The position numbers were made by a program, and so were the translations under genes. From contig QPMI01000049.1 in the NCBI GenBank assembly GCA_004431415.1, forward strand, positions 62,001 to 126,000: a DNA stretch of 64,000 bases. The letters are read 5' to 3'. Within the stretch, counting starts at the first letter, position 1; every line of letters begins with the position of its first letter. This document shows positions 11,471 to 23,300 of this stretch, in pieces. The stretch comes from Cyanophora paradoxa CCMP329 (lineage: Eukaryota; Plantae; Glaucophyta). The notes under the pieces were generated by a model. The model searched no databases. It had not been told where the DNA came from and worked only from the letters and a program-made list of their open reading frames with translations.

Positions 11471-12657
11471 CTGACCTTTCTCCTGCTTCGCTGCCCTCTC
11501 TTCGGCGCCGGCAGCGATCCCCGTCACCTGTTCGCGGCCCTTCCCCTGCCTCCGGATCCGACCCTTCCTCGGCTCCCTCCTCGCCTCTTCCGTCTCGTAG
11601 GCCTCCGCCGCGTTCCCGTCGGCGGATCTCTCGATCGACCCTGGACTCTCCGCCTGGCACTGTCTGCGGGGTACCTTCGCCACCGTGTTCGGCGCCGGCT
11701 GTCAGTACTTTGCTCGGTAGCTCCCCCGTCGTGGCTCCTCGGGGGCCTCTTCGTCGTCGTCGTTCGCTGGGTTCCGGCTCCGGGTCAGATTTCTCGCCGG
11801 GCTTACCTTCTAGATCTCCTGGCTCTGCTCCTGGGCCCTCAGCTCCGGGACCGGCTTCCCCGATCTCCTCCCGGACTCGTGGTCGTACCCGTCGCCGGCT
11901 TGCCGTGCCTGCGTCTCCTTCTACTTCCCTCCGGCGGTTTGCCGGGCCGGACCCTCCGGCCTTTGTTCTTGATACCGGACCGCCGCCTTTGCCTTCGTCT
12001 TCTGCTTCGCTGGTCGTATCCCGCCGGCGCCGGCGTACTTCGTCTTATAGTTTAGTTCGGTCTAGTTCGGATTCTGATCGTAGTGTTGATGCTAGAGTTA
12101 GTTTCAATACTAGCTATAGTCCTCGTGCTCGACCTGTTGTTCACCGTCGTTTGCAGTTCGACTGCCCGCCTCGACCCCGGCCGGCTTTAGTGATTCCTTT
12201 GACTGTCCTTTTGCCTGCTCTTGATCCGCCTGCTCCGCCTCCTGTGTCCTCCTCGACCTCGTGCCGTAGCTCTGCCCTTTCGCGTCGTCCTGCTTCGCCT
12301 CCGCCTCCGCGTCGTCTTGTTGTTCCTCTTACTTGTCTGCTTCCTGTTATTTATCTTTCTCAAATTTGTCCTCCGCTTCTTAGTGATGTAATTCCTTCCG
12401 ATATTGATGGTATCTCTAGCTCTGGCTCTTCTTCGTGTCAGTCATCCTCTGTCCCTAGATCTGCTCGATTTCTCGTCTCTTCTCGATCTGTCTCGAGCTC
12501 CGTGTCTTTTCTTTTTTATTGTCGATTTTGGCTCTTTGTCTTATCTTTCTTCGTGCTCTTGTCTTAGTTATTTTGCTTTTTTGTCTTTATGCCCCCTGGG
12601 CAGCCCCCGCAGTGCTGGTGTCTAGAGACTGTGGCCGGTAATTTACCAAAAAAAAAT
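11470..12657 (+). mobile_element. Possible 5'-truncated non-LTR retroelement-like insertion
   Basis: Begins right after a (TA)n run; very A-poor intronless Ser/Pro/Arg ORF (frame open from about 11473 to 12567); T-rich tail ending taatttacc followed by an A-run. No RT motifs seen. Confidence 0.3.
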
Positions 12658-13827
12658 AAGTTAACGTTAATATTCGATCGAGATCGCGAAATCTAAGTTA
12701 TACGTACCCATGGCCAGATCCGGATTCCATGGGTACCGGCCCGGGCGCCAGCGCTCATACAGGCCGCTGGCTATAGCTATAGCCGCTGCTAGCTCAGCGG
12801 CTACAGCCTGCTAGCCGTACGTACGCGTCTCAAAAATGACAGCTTGCAAGTTGCCGGAGCTTGAACTCACGTGCAACTTGCATGGCAGTCGAAACGACCA
12901 TGGCAGCGCATTGGCGCCGATCCGCGTTCCTGAATGCGCGTAAGCGAATCGTCGGGAGTTGGAATTCATGCGTGTGCATCCGATCGAAGATGGACGTCAC
13001 GTCGTCACCTAGCCGTGGCGGCTAGGCATTGTAGGCAAGCAGCTATTCGCCAGCTGAGTTCGATCTTTTTTCATAGGCAGTTATCCGTCGCTTTGGCGGT
13101 TAGTCGTCGGTTAGTCGTCGGTTAGTCGCGCAAACAAGTCATGACGCATGCATATCGCAGTCCCGTCACCAGCCACCTGAACGTTAGAAGACTACCCAAG
13201 TGCACAACTACCCGCTCAACTTCCATGCCTTTCGCAATGCTCGAAAAAAGTTCTGCAGCGTACCGACGGTACCGCGTGACGGCGATATCTCTTGATCCTC
13301 AGAGCTGTAGGAACTTACTAGGAGTCAAGAAGGGCGCGGCCGTCGATCGTGGGCCGAAGCTTACTAAGGAAGGATCGATCCATACGTATACGTAGTACGT
13401 ACTGCCACGGTACTGGTATACCGGAAAGGCGTACATGCGCATGCATGCGCAGGGATCGCGCATCGACCAGGCGACATCGATATATCGATCGTTTACCGAA
13501 TACGCACCATCGGTCCGGTTGTGAAGAGCTGACAGCTGCGCGGCATCGCCACGAGGTGACCGGACCGTCGGACGGTCTGCCGCGCTTCCGAAGTTCGTGT
13601 CGGCGAGCACGCGGTGACAGTGACACGAACAACCGCAGCTCCCAATTGCAAGCAGATCGGCGAAGGCTTCCAAGCCTTCTCTCATCAGACGCGGCCTCGG
13701 GCCTGCTGCAGTTTGCCGCCATGTCTTTAGGTGCGCACGCGTACATATGCGCATGGAGTTGTCAAGCTTGCAATCGCGTTCCTCGCGATGCCATCGCCTT
13801 TCCTGATTCCAGCCTGCAATCGCAGAC

Positions 13828-15700
13828 ATGTCTCTTATCCTTCAGTTCGTGCAAGAGAACTGTTCCTTGCAGGACATGTCTTCGTACGGGTGCGCCGTCG
13901 AGGGCCGAATCCACTGGAGTAACCGGAGCGCCGCGCGGCCGGCGTCTCGCCCCGGCAGCACAGTTTCCACTGCTGGTGCGCGTCTTTCTCCTCCACATGT
14001 GGCCGGAGAGACGAGCTTGCGCGGCTCGGACCATCGACGCGCCGGGCTAGCCTCCTCTTCAAGAGCATTCTATGCACCTGTCACCCGTTTTCACCCCTGA
14101 TATTTGGTGCGGCCCGACAGATGGCGTCCCCAGGCGCGTCGCCTACGATGACTGGGCGGCCCGCTTCGCTGCGTGGTGCCGGCGGAGAGGTGCTCGCCCC
14201 GTCGAGTTACCTGTCACAGCTGAGGAGCGCGTCAACCTCTTCTGGAAGGCAGGCATCCCCTCCAAAACTTTTTCCATCCACTTTGGAATATTCCTTGTGA
14301 CCACACTCGCTGCGGCCGGCCCTGACCGTCGGGGCCTCCCTCGCGCAGTTTCGCACCCTCTACAATCACATTCCAGTGAGTCCTGCTTGAGCTTGTCAAT
14401 GTGCTCTGTCGCTCGTACTAAGACCCCAGCAGCCCGTGAAACTTGAAGATGGCACCTCGCGCCGCATCAGCCTCATCATTGGTCCGCAGCGAGCCCCCGC
14501 GCGGCATGTTCACCTCGCGTCTCAAGTTCCGTGACAGGCATGGACTGGAACGCGCTGGCGCCCAGGCCTGTGTCTTCTTCGCAACGAGCCTTCGCGAACT
14601 CTGCGGATAGCGGGACAAGCGAATTCGAAGCAAGCGAAGCCACGTATACGGAGGCACCGCGCGCGCCGGTGCCTGCACCGCGACAGGTGCCCGGTCTACG
14701 GCCGATCCTCGCGAAGCGCCCCTCGGAAGCTATCCATGGCCAATTGCAACCAAGTTCAAGCTCGATCGCGAGCCTGTCGAGCTCGCGACCAAGCTCGGGA
14801 TCGCGACCGCGGCCGCGGCCGCTGGCCCCGCGGCCAGAAACGGGCCCCAAGGCGCGGACATCACCCGCGCGGCCGGCCACCCCCGAGCCGCAGGCGCAGT
14901 CGGCCCCACCGCCGCAACGGCGCCGCATGGACGTCGCGTTCCTTTTGAATCCCCCGGACGTTCGCGAGGCCGGCCGCGCGGGCGAGCCCGGGCTTGCGTG
15001 CCAGCCGGGTTTTCCCATCGGGCCTCCGCGATCGGCGCCTCCGAGAAAGAGGCATCTTGACGCCCCGTCGGAGGCCCCCCGCCAGCACCGGCGGCTATCC
15101 CTCGCCTCGAACGGAGGCGGTGCCCCGGCCCTGGGAGAGGACTGGAGCGATTACAGCTCGCCGCCCGCCTCGCCGCTGTGCCCGCCCGAAGAATCCGCGG
15201 CCACACGAGGCGCCCGCATCGCCGCCCTTTACGGCTTCCAGGACGATGAGAACGCCGAGGTTCGAACTATTTTTGGGAATATATGTATTTTTCTATTCGA
15301 AGCGCGCTGACCTGTTTTGATCTCCGTAGGTCAACCTCGACCGTCGCGAGTCCTCTGACACGGTTTCGTTTGCTGACGTGCGTCCTGGGGCCCTGGGGCC
15401 GGCCGCGGAGTCCAAGCTTAATCGCCCATTCCGGAGATCGCCATTAGTGGAAGCTGGCAGCCGCGAGAGGCCGCGGGGCCCTGTGCTCCAGATCTCATCT
15501 GACCATGATTTCACCGCAGTTCTTGGCGCACCGCGAGACTGGCAAGTGGCGGCCAGCGATGTCCCTGGGCGGCATTCCCGAGGCCACGTCGGTCCTGCGT
15601 GCTGGCCCAGCCGTGGGGGCGCAGGAGGGAGCCCGGCTTCTCTTCTCCTTGGCCTCATCGTTTGGGCGCTGCTGAAATTGAAGGCCGTCCAAGAGAAAAA
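13828..15700 (+). CDS. Hypothetical multi-exon protein (boundaries uncertain)
   Basis: Coding-like segments 14072-14248 (VAYDDWAARFAAWCRRRG) and 14531-15259 (RRRMDVAFLLNPP), with splice-like GT-AG at 15260-15329. No family assigned. Confidence 0.3.
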
Positions 15701-16685
15701 GCGGCATGCCTTCATGCTTGTGAATAGTGAATATGATACTGTATTTGAGATTTCATGCATGCTCGCATTTGCAGTTTCCCTTGCTATCAAAGTAGTATAA
15801 ACGCTCGCAATTTCATAGAAATTAAGCTTGCTATTTTGTACTGTATAGCATTAATATTGCAGCGTAAGTACAGCTAGGTCTAGAGTAAGTCTATGTGCCA
15901 CGATGTTGTTATGAATGAGCCTGCCACTGGGCCAGGCTCTGAGCTCTGTCACGCAACATCATGGCTTTTGCCAGGCTAGCGCTGTTGATCATGAGCTGCT
16001 GCAGGGCCACTGGGCCCGGAGGCCAGGCTCGAGTCGAGCTCATCCGATCGCGGCTGATCAGCGGCCCGGCGGCTCCGATCGCGAGGCCCGGCGGCCCTGA
16101 TCATGATCCGATGATCATGAGGCTTACATGTACATTAATATTCCCATATGCATCGACATCACTGTGGCACTAGCTATAGCTATAGTACGTATACTGCGGC
16201 TAGCTGCAGTGCGATCCGATCCGATGATATCGATCTAAACGCATGATCATAAATAGTAATCAGGAATTAATAATATTGAGCTCTAGATCTAGAGCCTTGC
16301 TCAGTCGGACCGGAGCTGGACTCACCGTGGCACCCAACTGCATGTCTGAATGCTCGGTCAGTTTTGTCTGATCTTTGGATTCGAATTCTCATAATTTTAA
16401 GCTCAAAGCCAGCGAGCCTCGGCGTACTACAAAAGCATCTTATACTCGTATTCACTGGTGTCTGGCATCCAGAGTGCGCCAGAGGGTCCGAGTCCATGGG
16501 CATACGATCTTCTGATCATGTGCTCAATCAGGAGAGGACTTGGGGGTTGACCTTCCTACAGCCGCGGTGTCAACAATTGCGAGATCTCAATATTGGAGAA
16601 ATAAATGAATGAACACACCGGATGCACAAGCGAGCATGATGCGCGTGGTTTGGTGTGGACAGATAGCGAGATGGCAAAAAACGTC

Positions 16686-17123
16686 TCAAGGCCGATCCGA
16701 GGGCTGGACTATAGAGAACCCAGTAATGCTCGGTTGCTGAAGCGTCTCCAGTTGCTTCTTGCCCCGCCTCAACATGAACTCGATGCGGGTCACTTCACTG
16801 AGAAGCCGACTGTGAGGAGAGTGGCCATGACGAGCACGAGCAGGCACGCGTGAGCGAGGGAGGCGCGGCGCGCGTACGTCTTCGGAATGGATGCCTGTCT
16901 CCGGAACTCGCTGCGAATGAAGTCCTGCGGCGAAATTCGTCGCGCAGTGCCTTCGTCGCGCGCTCTGCAGCTGCAGCTGCCTTTCGCGCACCTTCAAAGC
17001 GCTCCGCGAGGACGCATCCTTGGCCTCGGCGGCACGGAGAGTTAGCCTGTAAAGCTGCAGGACTTGTTTCTGCAGGCCAGACAGCCGCCCCGGTGCAGCG
17101 CCCAGGCGGAGCGGTCCCGACAT
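16686..17123 (-). CDS. SDHAF1: Succinate dehydrogenase assembly factor 1 (LYR-motif protein, Sdh6-like)
   Basis: RLSGLQKQVLQLYRLTLRAA...FIRSEFRR...RIEFMLRRGKKQLETLQ matches the LYRM/SDHAF1 pattern; two short introns. Confidence 0.85.
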   Translation of the reverse strand: MSGPLRLGAAPGRLSGLQKQVLQLYRLTLRAAEAKDASSRSALKVRERQLQLQSARRRHCATNFAAGLHSQRVPETGIHSEDVRAPRLPRSRVPARARHGHSPHSRLLSEVTRIEFMLRRGKKQLETLQQPSITGFSIVQPSDRP

Positions 17124-17353
17124 CCAAGCGGGGCCCTTGCGACAATGCTGAGAGACTTCTTTGCTCTCGGTGGGCTCAAAAGAATGTCGCGGCCTGGTCG
17201 TAGAGCGGCTCGTGACGCCGCTCGTAACGCAGCTCGTTGAAGACGGGGGTACAGCTCGGGCAAAGCAGTTCAAAGCGGGGGGACACAGCTCGACGGCGAC
17301 GACGCCCTCAGCTGCGAGCCTCGCATCTGGAGACCGCGCTGTGAGCGGCAGCA

Positions 17354-20300
17354 ATGCCGACCTGCGCGGGATGCGAGGATGCCGAGGCGGCGGTGCGCTC
17401 CGAGCGGGCTTCCGGCGCGGATCTCTCTTGACAATCGTTCCCGCACAGGTGCAATGCTTGCAGTGCGAACAAGCATTCTGCGATGACTGCAACACGGTCA
17501 CGCACCGCGGCGCCAAGAAGGCGGCCCACACCCGTGTCCCGCTCGTGAAGCAGAGTGCGTGCGACGTGGATGCTTCAGCTTCGCAGTCTCATCGCCCCTA
17601 GAGCGCCGCTCGCCGTCGCTGCTGGGATGATTGACCTTGCCGCGCAGCGGTGATCTGCGACTCCTGTGAGGAGGCTCCGGCGACGCTGGAGTGTTCCGAA
17701 TGCAGCAAGCGCTTCTGTGAAGTCTGCGATGTGGCGCTGCATCGTTCGGCGAAGAAGTCCAGCCACTCCCGGCATCCGCTTGGGCCATCAAGTGCGCAAC
17801 CGCCCGCTGAGCGCTCCCTGCGCTGAATAGGCGCGATGCAGAACCGGCAGCGCTATCGATCCCCGCATCGCGGCTGCACGAAGGCCCCTTGTCGCCAGGC
17901 GCGCCCCCCGCTGCACGCGAATCGGTTCTCCCGCCAACACCGCCTGCAGCGTCAGATGCAGGCCGCTCCGTCGTGTCCTCATACTCTGGGGCTCCGCCTT
18001 CAAAGCATCACGGCGAGGACGCGCTCCATTCTGTCCCCGCTCGATCGGGCAGCATCGCCGCCCGCCATGCCTCACCGCCTCGCTCGGTCCGCTCCTCGCG
18101 CTCCATCCCGCAGGAGGTGCGAGGCGGCGCACTCCACTGCGCCGCACGGCGCTGACGCGCCCTCGAAGGACGACGAACCGCTCGACGAACCTCTGCCCCG
18201 GCCGCGCGCGGTGCCGCACATCGGAAGCCACGGGCCCGACGGCGTGCTCGCGTCGATCCCGGGCCTGTACGAGCTCATGTCGGTCAAGTTTGATGCTCAG
18301 GATTCGTCCTTGGGTGCGTTGGGCATGCCCGCCGCGGCGGCGCGGCTTACCGGCCGCCCCACGCGCAGTGGAGAAGGTCATCGTGACCAAGAGCGAGGTT
18401 CGGGACCAAAAATCGCGCGCAGGCCGCCGCGGCGCGTAATCGGGCGCAGGTCTACCGCCTCTGCAACGACTTCGCGCCTGGGAGCAGCCGCGAGCGGGAC
18501 GCCATCGTATCTTTCCCGACGCTGAACGAGGCCGCCGTGTTTCCCGTGCGTCCCACTGCCTGACGCCGTCGTGCAAGCCCTCTCAACCAACGCCGCCGCG
18601 CAGGTCGGGCTGTACGGGAACCGCGGCCTCATCCTGGAGTACCTCGCGCGCCACGCCAACTTTCCGCTCGACGGGTCCGCCTCCTGCCGCCGGCCGCCCC
18701 GCCCCCGCGGCGCGCGCCTCACGCCCCGTCCTCCGCAGCCGCCGCATTCTGATGGACGACCCGACGCGCCTGAACCCCGTGCGTGCGGGCCCCTGGCCCC
18801 CCCCCGCGCCCGCCGGCCGGCCTAGGCCTCTGACCGGCGGCCAGGGCCTCTACGTCTGGGTCGGCGAGCGCGAGTCCCCGCACGTCTTCTACTGGCAGGC
18901 GAGCCGCCCCGTCTCCGCCCGATCCCCGCTTGCGCGCGGCTCGAGCGCCGTCCGCGCAGGCGCCGAACGGCTTCCGCGACGTGAACCGCAAGAACGTGAC
19001 CTGCAATTTCATCCGGTGGGCCGCCTCCCCCGCCCCCCGCGTCCCGCCCTTCCTGAGCCGCCGCCGAAGGTACATGACCGAGCTCTGCGACCACACCGTA
19101 TGCCTCCTGGATTCCATGGAGGTGCCCTCGGCCCCTCTGCACTCGCCCCCGCCTCTGCAGAGCGCCCCGCAGGTGGACGGCGTCGAGCTGGGCTCGCGCC
19201 GCGAGCGCACCATCGAAGAGCGCGAGATCTTCGGCTCCGTCGCATTCCAACTCCAGGCGAGCCCGCCCGGGCTTCGCGCTCGGACTCCGCCTCCGCCTGC
19301 TCTCTAACCGCCGGCCCCGCAGACCGACGACGACGTGATCCTGTACCCCGGCTTCCAGCTGCCCCTGCCCCTGGCCCTCTTCGCAGACATCCAGCCCGTT
19401 GTGCGTTGCTCTTAGGCCCCGGACCGGCCCTCGGGCCTCACCGGGCGGCCGCAGGACGTGGATGAGGCGTTCGTCCGCTTCGCGCCGGGCCTCACCCGCC
19501 GCGCCATCCACACGCTGGGGACCGTCCCCGCCGCCCGCCAGTACAATCAGCGAGCCCAGCTCAAGCTCTCTTCCGTCCAGGCGCGCCCCGCTTCAAATTC
19601 GCCGCGTAGGCCGACGCTCGGTCGTTCTGATCCGCGCCGGTCTCTTCGCAACAGTTCTCGGACTGGGCGGAGAAGATCCTGGCGACCAAGAACGTCGAGT
19701 TCGAGCCGTCCGTCTCCTCAGACGACATCATCCTCTTCATCCAGTGCGGCCCGCGTCGAAAGCGACCAAAGGCGAGCGAGCGCTCGAGCGTGACGGGCGT
19801 GGGGCGGCAGGTACGCGGAGCCGGGCCTGTACGCGGAGTGGGACGACCTGCAGAAGAACCTCGCCCTCGAGCACGCCGAGGTCCGCGCCGGAATCCGCGC
19901 CGGAATCTACGCTCTCGGTCTCCGTGACGCGTCCTCGGTCGCCGTGACAGGTCCAGCGCCAGCTGGACGGCGGGCAGCTCGCGCAGCAGGTCAGCTCGCG
20001 CCGCGCCGCGCCGCCTCTGCCCGCTCTGATCTCGCGTCCAGCTCGGCTTCGAGCTCGAGGCCGACGTCCGCCGCGTCCGCAACGCGATGGCGGAGCACCT
20101 CCGCCGCGAGTTCCCGTGCGCGGCCGGCGCCCCGCCCCCCTCTCGACTTTAAAATTGCCTGGAAGATTTCCAGCCCGAGAAGCCTCTCTTGCCAGCTCTT
20201 AAGGCTTTGGCTAAGCCGAGGGCCTCTGCGCCGCCCTACGGCCTCTCCACCCCCCCACCCCCGGTCCGACCGCCCGCGCAGGGAGGAGGAGAAGCTGGTG

Positions 20301-23300
20301 GAGAAGACCGTCGACGAGGAGGGCGTCACCGAGGAGCAGCAGCGCGCCGACTACGGTGCGGCGCCACTCGAATTCATCCTCCTATCCCTCTCTTCTAAAC
20401 ATCAAACTCGCTCTCTCTTTCCGCCTCTCTCTTACGGAGCTCCGCCGGCAGAGTACTTCAAGGACAAGCTGGACTTCGCGGCGTGCTCGCCCAAGCGGGA
20501 CATGGACGAGTGCCTCCTTCGCTACCGCATCGGCCTCTTCATCTGGCTCGAGAAGCGTGTCCCCGGCACGCTCTCACCGGAGGACATCAACGAGGGCAAC
20601 GTCTTCATCGAGAAGGTCCCCATCCGACTCCCGTGCGCGCCATCGAATCCTTTCCGACGCTCGACGCGCCCGCAGGTCATGACGAAGAACAGCCTCAAGT
20701 ACTGGTTCACCCAGTTCTGCAGGCGCGTCCCTTGCCTCATTTTCTTCATTCTCGCTCCTCGGCGGGCCCCTGACGAGGCGGCGCGCGCGCAGCGACGAGC
20801 CGTCGCCGGCGACGGGCCGCCCGAGCGCCGTCGCGGGGGCCCTCGCGGCGCGGGGCAAGCGCCTCTCGCGGGAGGCGCTCGTCGCCGAGGTCGAGAAGCC
20901 GGCGATGACCAAGGCGAGTTCTCAGTCGAGCTAGGGCCCCGCTTCCAGCGGGGCGCACCCGAGCGGGCCCTGACGCGCGGCGCGCAGAAGCACCCGATGA
21001 CGGGGCGGAACGCGTCGGTGCGGCAGCGCTGGCTGGACAAGTACAAGCGCGAGCGCGTCCGCGCCATGGACCTCGCTGACGAGCAGGCCCGCAAGGTCCG
21101 CCCAGCTTGTACCCCCCTCCCCGTCCGCTCTCCCTCCCTCCCCCCGCTCAGCGCGGGCGCGCAGGGCGTGCTGGAGCCCCTGGAGGAGCGCATCCGGCGG
21201 CGGACGCAGCAGCTCCGCGGGCAGTACGGCGACCGGGCGCAGAAGCTCCGCTCCGAGTTCATCGCCAACGTCAAGCGCCGCCTCTCCCTCGTCCAGGTGC
21301 GGGCCCCGCGCGCGCCCGGCGCCCACGAGACGAGACGCCCGCGCCTGACTCGGTCTCACCCCGCCCGCCGGCCCGCCCGCAGGACGCGCGGTTCACGGTG
21401 AAGATCTACTCGTGCACGCTGGCGGCGAACGCGCCCCGGGCGGAGGGCCAGCGCGGCCCCGACTCGACGCCGGAGCCGGCGGCGCCGCAGTCGCAGCAGG
21501 TGGCCGTGACCTTCGCGGAGGAGTACATGTGCGAGGGGCGCGTCGCCCGCCGCTTCCGCCTGCTCGACGTCCTCAAGGAGGACATCCAGAAGCTCGAGGC
21601 GCGCCCGGGCGTCTAGTTCCCGTGTTGTACCCCCCTCGGAACCCGGCTTACCTTCCGGGGGGCAGGCGAGCCCGACGAAGCCGATCGCGCCGCACCTCTC
21701 GGACGTGCGCGGCTCGATCGAGCTCAACCCCGCCACCCAGGAGCTCAAGCGCGTACCCCCGTGGTCCCTTGGGCTTCTCCCCCCCTCTCACCCCTCTCTC
21801 GCAGGGCTGCCTTTATGCTGAAGAACAACCGGGCGCTTGTCTTCATTCAGAGCGCGGCGGAGGGCCAGACCGCCATGTGCATCGAGTCCCTGGGCTCCCG
21901 CGACCCCTGGGGCCTCTCCCCCCTCAAGGCCAGCAGCGCCCTTCCATCGCCCCCTCCTCCCCACCGCCCCCTGAGCGCGGCCGCAGGTGATGAAGAAGCC
22001 GATCGACCTGCTCGCCTTCGACGAGTCCACGCGTCTCCTCGCCCTCTACGACGCCTCCCGCGCCAGGGTGCGCCCGTAGCCCGTAGAGATCGCGGACGCC
22101 GCCGCCCCTCTGCTCCCTTGTTCTTCCTCTCCTTCTTCTTCGAGCCTCCGAGCGAGCGCCCGCTCAGGTGGACGTGTACAAGTTCGACGACGCGTACAAC
22201 CGCCTGGAGAAGACCAGCGACGAGGTCCGCGCGCCGCGCTCGGGCTCGCGCTGCGGCCCGCCGAGCGCGAAGGCCCGGCCCGCAGGTGCACCTGGACATC
22301 TACGCCGGCGAGTCGCGCCTCCGCGACATGTTCCTCGTCGCTGGCCAGGTCCGCCCGCCCCTTCCCTGCCCTCCCCGCCCGCCCGCCCGGTCGCCTCCGT
22401 TTCTCACGCGCCCGCAGTCGCGCATCGTCTTCGTGGACGCCGCGCACCGCTGCCGCCTCTACGACATCGCCACGCGCTCCATGAAGGCGTGTACCCCCCT
22501 CTGATCCCCTTCAGCTTCACTCGGCTGAGAGCGGGGCCGGCGCAGCCGCGCACGATCGACGTGGGGGAGCCGTACGACCGGTCGCTCATCTCCCCGGACG
22601 GGTCCTGCCTCTTCCTCTTTTTCGCGCAGTACCCCGGCGCCTCCCCGTCCCACCCGCACGTCAACTCGCGCCTCCGCCTCCCGGAGACGTGCGCCGTACC
22701 CCGCCCAGCACGCCCGGCCGGATCTCGGGCTGAAGGGGGCGGCAGGGAGGGGAGCGGGACGCCGGCGGGCTGGTCCTCGCGCTCGGTCAGCTCGGAGGTC
22801 GAGGGCTCCAGCGTCCCGGCGACCGTCGTCGGGGCCGCCGCCCTCGGCGTGGGCCCCTCCTCCTCGGGCTCCTTCCGCGGCGGCGCCTCCGAGTTCGGAG
22901 CCGAGGGGCCCCGCGGCGGCATCGAGGCCCGCATCTACCTCCTCTCCACCATGAAGGCCCGCCCCCCCCCCCCCCCCCCCCCCCTCCCTTCTCCTGCCCT
23001 GCCCTGATTGACGCGCGGGGGCAGGAGCTGAAGCGCCTGAAGCTCCCCGACACCTTCGTCCCGGAGCTGGCTCCGACCCTCGAGGCGCGCCCCGCCCCGC
23101 CTCGCCCCGCCCCGCGCCCCGCCCTTCTCACACTGCCGCCTGCGAACGCGCAGTTCGTCTCGTTCGGGCCGCAGATGAACCTCGTCGCTGTCGACGTCCG
23201 CAACCGCGAGATCGTCTCCCAGGCGCGCAGCCCCGCCCGCGCCCGCTCCGGCGCCTGCTCACGCCCGCCGCGTCCCCCTCAGATCGTCTCCATCACCACC

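Noticed and set aside
11640-11700. AWHCLRGTFAT resembling the tyrosine-recombinase HxLRxxFAT box
   Set aside because: It lies in a short stop-bounded frame overlapping a longer ORF, with no other catalytic motifs; likely chance.
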